NCBI GenBank assembly: GCA_964457755.1
Contig: CAYWGC010000002.1
Coordinates: 80,621 to 144,620, forward strand
Direction of reading: 5' to 3'
Source of the DNA: an uncultured Thermodesulfobacteriota bacterium
Lineage (GTDB): Bacteria; Desulfobacterota; Anaeroferrophillalia; Anaeroferrophillales; Tharpellaceae
Length of the DNA stretch: 64,000 nucleotides
The notes under the pieces are model-generated. The model was not told the DNA's origin, made no database searches, and worked only from the letters and a program-made list of their open reading frames with translations. The position numbers were made by a program, and so were the translations under genes. Shown here piece by piece: positions 49,251 to 56,219 of the stretch (position 1 is the first letter of the stretch; every line of letters begins with the position of its first letter).

Positions 49251-50933
49251 TTATTTAATTCCTTGAAGATAGTTTGTTTCAAGACCGGGTCTGATTTGGC
49301 AGCTTACGCGGATAGTTTTACTGCCGACCGCGTAATCGTCGACCATGTTAAAGGCCTCGGCCTCTACCACGGAAACGTCTCTATTCAGGATTTCGGGATG
49401 CCCGTTTTCTTTAAGGTGCTGGGTCAGTGCGTTGACGCCATCCTCTTTAGCCTGGTTCAATGAATAAGAGCTGCTGACTTCCTGTTTTATGTCGAGATTA
49501 GGAATAAGCATGACTTTTTTACCGGTATCGGCAAAGAGTTCAATCTCCATAGTCGTTCGGGTCAAAGCTGCCCCGATGGCATTGGCAACCGCAAAATTTT
49601 CCGGGACTTCAGTCTTAAGGTTGAAGACCTGTCCCAGGTTCTGAGCTAAAATTGCTGCGGGCCCGCCCATAATATAGATTTTTTGCGGGTCGATTTTTTG
49701 ACCATGAACAACCTCTTCGACCGTATAGACAGGTCTTTGATTGATCGCTTCCAAAAGTTTGTTGGTTTCTTTATGAATAGTTTTCATAGTCAGTTCAAGA
49801 ACCCTGTCGGCTAATTCGACAACCTTCATCTGGTTTTTTTCGGCAAGGATTTGGAGGCCGGCAAATGATTTTTTACTATTGCCAAGATCGCATAATTTTT
49901 TAACATTACAGGCATCAATCAAAGTTGCTTGTGAACCGCCCAGAGCCAGCGGCGGGCCTAAACGTTTGGGTCCGACCATTATTTTAGCGTTCTTGCCAAT
50001 AGTAATTGCCGAATCGCCGCCAATGCCGATGGAATGCGTGTCGATCGCCCGTACTGAAGTTGCCCGCCCGCCAAAACTAACCCCCTCTTTTTCAAGCAGG
50101 GGAGCGCCATTAGCAAAAATGGCGATGTCCGTGGTGGTGCCGCCGATATCAAGAATGATGGCATCTTCTGTGATTGAACTCAAAGCGATAATCCCCATGA
50201 CGCTGGCCGCCGGCCCCGAAAGAATGGTCTGGATCGGGTTGTTGCGGGAATTTTTGAAGTCGATGGTGCCGCCGTCGGCTTTTAAAATATTTACAGGTGC
50301 GTTCAGGTTATGCTTTTTGAGGCTTTGCGTGATCGCGTCGGCAAAAGTGTTGAAATGCCGCCAAACTGCGGCATTGTAGTAAGCGGTTGCCAGACGTCTG
50401 GGAAAATTGAGGCGGCCGGAAAGGCGATGGCCGATGGCGATAAAGTCGGCCTGTGTGGTGACGAGGTCGGCTAGGGTCTGTTCAATCTCGGGGTTGCGAA
50501 TTGAGAATTTACTGACAACCGCAAAAACTTTGAGTTGCTTTTTTTGGCAGTCGGCAACCGCGTTGTTTGCGGAAAATTCATCTAATTTAAGTTGTAGGGT
50601 GCCGCGATGGTCGATTGAGCCTGCGAGAAGGTAAAAGTTATGGCCGAGGTCACTACTGAAATAGTAAGGCGCCAGGCCCGGGCCGGAGACGGCGAGAACT
50701 CCGACCTCCTCAAGCTCGTTTTCAACAATGGCATTGGTCGTCAGGGTCGTACTCAGATTAATCTTGCTGATGGGTCGAGTTAGGTGGGAGCTTAAGATTC
50801 TTTCTAAAACCGCATCCAGAGAGCCGATCAAATCATTATGGTCAGTCTCGACTTTAGCGGTTGCTACGACCCCTTTATGATCAATAATAACTGCATCCGT
50901 ATGGGTGCCGCCAACATCTATTCCCAATAACAT
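49251..50933 (-). CDS. Hydantoinase/oxoprolinase (HyuA-like, ASKHA superfamily) family protein
   Basis: N-terminal …LGIDVGGTHTDAV… and a second …DIGGTTTD… sugar-kinase/Hsp70/actin-fold phosphate loop; 560 aa. Confidence 0.7.
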   Translation of the reverse strand: MLLGIDVGGTHTDAVIIDHKGVVATAKVETDHNDLIGSLDAVLERILSSHLTRPISKINLSTTLTTNAIVENELEEVGVLAVSGPGLAPYYFSSDLGHNFYLLAGSIDHRGTLQLKLDEFSANNAVADCQKKQLKVFAVVSKFSIRNPEIEQTLADLVTTQADFIAIGHRLSGRLNFPRRLATAYYNAAVWRHFNTFADAITQSLKKHNLNAPVNILKADGGTIDFKNSRNNPIQTILSGPAASVMGIIALSSITEDAIILDIGGTTTDIAIFANGAPLLEKEGVSFGGRATSVRAIDTHSIGIGGDSAITIGKNAKIMVGPKRLGPPLALGGSQATLIDACNVKKLCDLGNSKKSFAGLQILAEKNQMKVVELADRVLELTMKTIHKETNKLLEAINQRPVYTVEEVVHGQKIDPQKIYIMGGPAAILAQNLGQVFNLKTEVPENFAVANAIGAALTRTTMEIELFADTGKKVMLIPNLDIKQEVSSSYSLNQAKEDGVNALTQHLKENGHPEILNRDVSVVEAEAFNMVDDYAVGSKTIRVSCQIRPGLETNYLQGIK

Positions 50934-51152
50934 AATTTTGTCCCGATTCGTTCAATAATAGATAGATTTAATGGGAATTGCATAGCACAAACCCATGACT
51001 TGCGTCCAGTTTAATGTAGAGATTTTAAGATTTTTTGAGAGGGGACTGATTTTAAATCGGTTCCCTTTTTTTGTGGTCTATTGTAAAATGTATATGGCAT
51101 ACACAGAGTTCGCCGTTAGCGGCACAAATATTTTGACAACACAGTAAGATTA

Positions 51153-52196
51153 ATGAGCAAAAATCAGAGAGTAGTCTTAGGTTTTAGTGGCGGGGTTGAT
51201 AGTGCAGCGGCCGCTATTTTACTGCAGCGCCAAGGATACCAAGTAGTTCCGGTCGTCCTTGATATGGGTGGGGCAGATACTTCATTTCTGTTGCAGAGGG
51301 CTGCAAAGATGGCAAAGCATCTTGGGTTAGATTTGCTGGTTGAGTCGGCAGCCGATACTTTTGCCCAGGAAGTGATTGAATATCTGCTTTTTGCCTATAC
51401 TCATGCGCAAACCCCGAATCCCTGTATTCGCTGTAATGCTCGGGTTAAATTTGCCCGGTTGGCGGCGGTGGCCGACCGTCTAGGAATTGAAAAAATGGCT
51501 ACCGGGCACTATTTTAAAAAACTTTCCGGAGTTTCAGACAGCCCGGAAATTTCCTACCATAAAGCTTATGACAAGCGTAAAAATCAGAGTTATTTTCTCT
51601 TTGCAGTGCCGGAATTGTTATTGCGGCGCACTCTTTTTCCATTGGGTGGAATGAGTAAGAGTGAGGCCCTGATTTTGGCAGATGCAGCGGGTTATGAACT
51701 TGATAATTATCGTGAGAGCCAGGAGCTCTGTTTTCTCAACGGCGAAAAATATCAAGAGTATCTGGCCCGGCGGGGAGTGATGGGTGGTCACGGTGAGATT
51801 GTCAATTGTCAGGGGCGTGTAATGGGTAAGCATAACGGTCTGCAAAACTACACGATTGGCCAACGCCGCGGTATGGGGATTGCGCATCCTGAACCCCTCT
51901 ATGTTCTGAAACTTGATTATCCACATAACCGTTTACTGGTTGGTGAGCGGGATGAGGCCTATGGTTGCAATCTAAAAGTGGATAAAATCAACTGGCTGAT
52001 TGAACCACCATCTCAACCTCTTAATATTGAGTGCCAAATTCGTTATCGCCACCAACCAGCCCCGGCTCTTCTGACTCCGCTTTCCGATGGCCGGTTCGAG
52101 ATTGAATTCGAGTCTCCTCAGTTTGCCATAACTCCGGGCCAAGGAGCTGCTTTTTATAATGGAGAGCAGCTGTTAGGCGGTGGTATTATCATATGA
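51153..52196 (+). CDS. mnmA: tRNA-specific 2-thiouridylase
   Basis: PP-loop SGGxDS (…GFSGGVDSAAAA…), catalytic Cys residues, C-terminal beta-barrel. Confidence 0.93.
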   Translation: MSKNQRVVLGFSGGVDSAAAAILLQRQGYQVVPVVLDMGGADTSFLLQRAAKMAKHLGLDLLVESAADTFAQEVIEYLLFAYTHAQTPNPCIRCNARVKFARLAAVADRLGIEKMATGHYFKKLSGVSDSPEISYHKAYDKRKNQSYFLFAVPELLLRRTLFPLGGMSKSEALILADAAGYELDNYRESQELCFLNGEKYQEYLARRGVMGGHGEIVNCQGRVMGKHNGLQNYTIGQRRGMGIAHPEPLYVLKLDYPHNRLLVGERDEAYGCNLKVDKINWLIEPPSQPLNIECQIRYRHQPAPALLTPLSDGRFEIEFESPQFAITPGQGAAFYNGEQLLGGGIII

Positions 52197-52219
52197 GTCG
52201 TGATTATATGGAGGTTGAG

Positions 52220-54340
52220 ATGAAGAAAATAATCACTTCGGTTTTATGGATCATAATTACTCTCCTTTGTTATAGTGAAGCCAACGCTTTCATCGTTGAT
52301 CATCAATGTACGGATAGTAGCAAAATTCCTGTTGCATGGTTGCAGGCAGCCAGAAACAATCTGCGCATGGGCTATTCTCATACATCTCATGGCAGTCAGT
52401 TGATCAGCGGCATAAACGCATTTCGTGGTAGTGAAGGTTCGAGATATTATTTCACCAGTTCCGGTTGGGGGGCCGTAAGCGGAGTTTTTATAAATGATTA
52501 CTGGGCGAATGATGGGGCCGGAGACCTTGGTCATAATGGTGACTTGAGTTGGGTGACTGCAACTGAAACCATGCTTGATAATCCTGCCAATGACCGGAAT
52601 GTGGTGATGTGGTCATGGTGTGGCGGCGTTAGCGATAACACTGCAAGCGGTATCGATATATACTTAAATGCCATGAACCGCCTTGAACAACTCTATCCTC
52701 AGGTTTCTTTCATCTACATGACCGGTCATCTGGATGGCGGTGGAGTGGTGGGTAATTTGCATCAGATGAATGAGCGCATTCGCAATTACTGCCAAGATCA
52801 CAATAAGATACTTTTTGATTTTGCCGACATTGAAAGTTATGATCCCGATGGTGCAATCAACTATATGCAACTTAATGCCAATGATAATTGTGATTATAAC
52901 AGTAATGGCAACAATCGAAATTGGGCCCGTGAATGGCTTTCTGCTAATCCGGCCAGCACCTTGGCAGTGGAGGCCGAGAGTTGTGGGGGCTGCGCTCATT
53001 CACAATATTTAAACTGCGTTCTTAAAGGCCGGGCCTTTTGGTGGATGATGGCCCGTATTGCCGGTTGGGAGCCTGGCATTCCAGATCCTCCGGTTACGCT
53101 CTCAAAACTCTATTACCCGCATGTGGTCAGTGGGGATGGAGTTTGGGGAACCGAGATATGCGTACTCAATCCCAATAGTAATCAGACAGTTAATGGGATT
53201 TTTAAGGCCTTCGCTAATGACGGCCGAGCGGTTTCTGACAATCTAATTTTAAGCCTTGCTCCGCAGGCTCGTCGAGTAATAAACATCGCCACGCAATTTA
53301 GAGACCCTCAAAGTATTGGCTATATTGTTCTAGAAAGTGATTCCGAGAATCTTACCGGATATATGAAATTTTTTATCAACGGAGTCTGTCGGGTTGCCAT
53401 ACCCGTGGTCTCTCAGCTTAATTCAGGAGCTGTACCAATCTCTCATATTGCTTCAGATCAGTACTGGTGGACCGGTATAAGTTTGCTTAATACGACACTA
53501 TCGGAAAAAATATTGTCCATATATTTCAATAATGGAGTGCTGAAAAACGTAACACTCAGTGCTGGAGAACATCGGGCTTTTTCGATAAAAAGTCTGTTTG
53601 ATAACACTCCTCAAGCAGATATCAATTCTGCGATAATAGAGGGCATGACCGGAGTCATTGGTTTGGAACTTTTCAGCAATTCTAACCAGTTAAGCGGCAT
53701 ATTGTTAAGTGATAAGAGCTCTACTGAAATCTGTTACCCTCATGTCGTCGATGACCTGCAGTGGTGGACGGGGATTGTGGCATACAATCCATTTGATATG
53801 GAATCTATTTTGACAATTTCACCCTTTACTGGAGACGGTTCACCATTACCGCTTAAGACGGCAACACTTTTACCATTTTCAAAGTACTGGGGGTCTGTGA
53901 GTTCGCTTGCTTTAGCGTCGGAAACTGCCTGGTTTAAGGTTGAAAGCACCACTGGGATTTCCGGCTTTGAGCTTTTTGGCAGCAATGATAGTCAGCGTCT
54001 GGCCGGCTACTCCGGGGTTGCGATCAGTGGAACTGACGGCGTTTTGGCTAATCTTGAAGAAGATGGTTGGTCAGGTATCGCATTGGTCAATATCAGAGCA
54101 ACCTCGGTAACCGTTCAACTTAAAGCATATGATGATTCTGGCGCTCTTATTGCGACTAAATCAATAGATCTCAAAGCTTACGAGAAAAAAGTGGAAGTTG
54201 CCTCCACATTTTTCAGCACCAGTATCGCCGGCGCCACTTACATTACCTACACCGTGGAAGGTGATGGTGAATTGGTTGCTTTCCAGCTCAACAATAGCAG
54301 TGACAACACCATGCTTGATGCCTTACCAGCTATCAGATAG
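52220..54340 (+). CDS. Large secreted hypothetical protein: ~240-aa N-terminal domain of unknown function followed by several ~100-aa repeats with the conserved motif …[YN]PH[VI]…W(W)TG[IV]…N…
   Basis: Signal peptide (MKKIITSVLWIIITLLCYSEANA) after a GGAGG RBS. Internal repeats seen directly (YPHVVSGDGVWGTEICVLNP… / YPHVVDDLQWWTGIVAYNP… / YWWTGISLLN…). It is paralogous to the ORF at 59135. Confidence 0.5.
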   Translation: MKKIITSVLWIIITLLCYSEANAFIVDHQCTDSSKIPVAWLQAARNNLRMGYSHTSHGSQLISGINAFRGSEGSRYYFTSSGWGAVSGVFINDYWANDGAGDLGHNGDLSWVTATETMLDNPANDRNVVMWSWCGGVSDNTASGIDIYLNAMNRLEQLYPQVSFIYMTGHLDGGGVVGNLHQMNERIRNYCQDHNKILFDFADIESYDPDGAINYMQLNANDNCDYNSNGNNRNWAREWLSANPASTLAVEAESCGGCAHSQYLNCVLKGRAFWWMMARIAGWEPGIPDPPVTLSKLYYPHVVSGDGVWGTEICVLNPNSNQTVNGIFKAFANDGRAVSDNLILSLAPQARRVINIATQFRDPQSIGYIVLESDSENLTGYMKFFINGVCRVAIPVVSQLNSGAVPISHIASDQYWWTGISLLNTTLSEKILSIYFNNGVLKNVTLSAGEHRAFSIKSLFDNTPQADINSAIIEGMTGVIGLELFSNSNQLSGILLSDKSSTEICYPHVVDDLQWWTGIVAYNPFDMESILTISPFTGDGSPLPLKTATLLPFSKYWGSVSSLALASETAWFKVESTTGISGFELFGSNDSQRLAGYSGVAISGTDGVLANLEEDGWSGIALVNIRATSVTVQLKAYDDSGALIATKSIDLKAYEKKVEVASTFFSTSIAGATYITYTVEGDGELVAFQLNNSSDNTMLDALPAIR

Positions 54341-54493
54341 TGCTATGAGAAAACCCACACAAGGGAATTTGCTTAATTGTTTAATTTACTGGGTGCAATA
54401 AAAAATAATTAAAAAGAATATTTTCATTGCTTTAGAATGTTAAAAGAATTTATATGAATATAAATGAATAACAGATGGCGGGGAGGTTTCCAG

Positions 54494-54754
54494 ATGTCAA
54501 AAGTAGTGACCCTTAGACTTTCAGATGAAGAATATAATCTCTATGCAAAAGCCGCTAAAGTTGTCAAACGGCCGATATCCAACCTGATTAACTACCTGGC
54601 ACAACAACAGCTTGAAGAGAGTATTTTTATTGACCAGATAGAGATGGATGAGATTATTGGGAACCCAACTTTGCTTGAATCCCTGAAACAGGGTTCCATC
54701 GATGCAGAACTCAATCAAGGATCGTTTGTTGATGTATATGATATTCGAGACTAA
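54494..54754 (+). CDS. Type II antitoxin (ribbon-helix-helix/RelB-DinJ-like)
   Basis: 86-aa protein, N-terminal …VVTLRLSDEEYNLYAKAAK… RHH-like. Its stop overlaps the downstream RelE/ParE-like toxin. GGGGAGG RBS. Confidence 0.6.
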   Translation: MSKVVTLRLSDEEYNLYAKAAKVVKRPISNLINYLAQQQLEESIFIDQIEMDEIIGNPTLLESLKQGSIDAELNQGSFVDVYDIRD

Positions 54755-55004
54755 AACTTTTTTGAAGTCGCTTGAGCAAGTTTTTGGTGGACAACAGGGA
54801 AAAATTAAAAAGAAACTCCGGGGATATGTTTACCAGCAACTAAAAATCTCACCGGCGTTTGGCTCTAATATTAAAAAGCTCCGAGATTGGGATCCTCCCA
54901 CTTGGAGATACAGAATAAGCTCTTACCGATTCTTTTATCAAATTGATGAAAATCAGAAAATTGTCTCTATGATCCTGGCTGAACATCGTGGTAAGGCTTA
55001 TTAA
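54732..55004 (+). CDS. RelE/ParE-family type II toxin (mRNA interferase-like)
   Basis: ~90 aa; C-terminal …YRISSYRFFYQIDENQKIVSMILAEHRGKAY is typical of RelE/ParE. Its start overlaps the antitoxin's last codons. Confidence 0.7.
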   Translation: MYMIFETKTFLKSLEQVFGGQQGKIKKKLRGYVYQQLKISPAFGSNIKKLRDWDPPTWRYRISSYRFFYQIDENQKIVSMILAEHRGKAY

Positions 55005-55069
55005 GGCATAATGGTTGATTTGACACCGACCCCAATTCTACTCACTATGACAAACGAAAGGGAAAATGA

Positions 55070-55231
55070 ATGACTAATGGTAAAAACAACGGAGCGAACC
55101 TTGGCTTCGAAAACAAATTATGGGGAATGACCGACAAAATACGCGGTCATATGGACGCTGACGAATTGCGTGTTCTCAGTGTTGAGAAGTTGGTTGACGG
55201 ATTAAACCTTAATGGGGTTCACAATGGCTAG
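55070..55231 (+). pseudogene. hsdM: 5' remnant of a type I restriction-modification methyltransferase gene (hsdM N-terminal ~30 codons, then divergent sequence and a stop)
   Basis: MTNGKNNGANLGFENKLWGMTDKIRGHMDA… matches the widely conserved HsdM N-terminus (…LGFE.KLW.AADKLRG.MDA.EYK…). Homology is lost after ~aa 30, and the ORF stops at codon 54, overlapping the ATPase start. Confidence 0.6.
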
Positions 55232-56219
55232 AGCTGACTTGCTAACCGCTCTCGTCAAATTTGGAATGGCTGACGACAAGATCCGGTTCCAAAAAGTTGT
55301 CGAGTCGATCATCGCAGAAGAGCGAGCGAAGAAACACACAGTGTTGGCCGAGAAGCTGGAAGATCTGTTGCGCTCGATTCCTGTAGCGAAACCAGTTTCT
55401 AACGGAACCGCCATATTGGATCATCGGGTCAGTAATTTCGTCCGAGAAGTGATACCAGAGCGGAAACTCGACGATCTTATATTGCCATCGGAAGTACTTG
55501 AGATAGTGCGGGAAGTTGTTCAAGAGTACCATCGAATTGACCTGCTTCGATCATACAATTTGGAACCTCGCAATCGAGTACTGCTCATCGGTCCACCAGG
55601 AAACGGTAAGACGTCTCTGGCTGAAGCCATTGCTGAATCGTTGATGGTACCGTTACTTGTCGTTCGGTACGATGGTGTGGTGGGCACCTACCTTGGTGAA
55701 ACTGCCGTTCGTTTGCGAAGGTTGATGGAATATGCCGCCACACGGAAATGTGTTCTGTTCCTTGATGAGTTTGAGACGTTAGGCAAGGAGCGGGGCGACA
55801 CTCACGAAACCGGGGAAATAAAACGAGTCGTCAGTTCCTTGCTTCTACAGATTGACTCGCTGCCCAGCCACGTGGTCGTGGTTGGAGCCACCAATCACGC
55901 AGAGCTTCTCGACCGGGCTGTCTGGCGACGGTTTCAAGTTCGTATGGTTTTGCCCGAACCGACTCGTGCGAGACTGGCCGATTGGTTTGCAAGGTTTGAA
56001 CGTAGGATCAATGTGCCACTGGGATATGCACCAGAGACATTAGCGAAGAAGCTCCAAGGTGTGAATTTTGCCGAAGCTGAGGAATTCGGGGCGAGTGTGT
56101 TTCGCAAGTACGTACTCGAACAACCTGATTCAGACATGAAATCGATTGTTAATCGTACGTTGAAGACCTGGTCAGCACGTTCGGCCAAAACGAAACAGCA
56201 AAACGGGGGCAAAGACTAA
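55212..56219 (+). CDS. Classical AAA-family ATPase (single AAA domain, short N-terminal helical region); first gene of a two-gene ATPase-peptidase operon
   Basis: Walker A LLIGPPGNGKTSLAEAIA, Walker B VLFLDEFETL, sensor-1 …VVVGATNHAELLD…, Arg-finger region …AVWRRFQ…. Alternative start at ATG 55224. Its stop overlaps the next gene's start (TAATG). Confidence 0.85.
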   Translation: MGFTMARADLLTALVKFGMADDKIRFQKVVESIIAEERAKKHTVLAEKLEDLLRSIPVAKPVSNGTAILDHRVSNFVREVIPERKLDDLILPSEVLEIVREVVQEYHRIDLLRSYNLEPRNRVLLIGPPGNGKTSLAEAIAESLMVPLLVVRYDGVVGTYLGETAVRLRRLMEYAATRKCVLFLDEFETLGKERGDTHETGEIKRVVSSLLLQIDSLPSHVVVVGATNHAELLDRAVWRRFQVRMVLPEPTRARLADWFARFERRINVPLGYAPETLAKKLQGVNFAEAEEFGASVFRKYVLEQPDSDMKSIVNRTLKTWSARSAKTKQQNGGKD

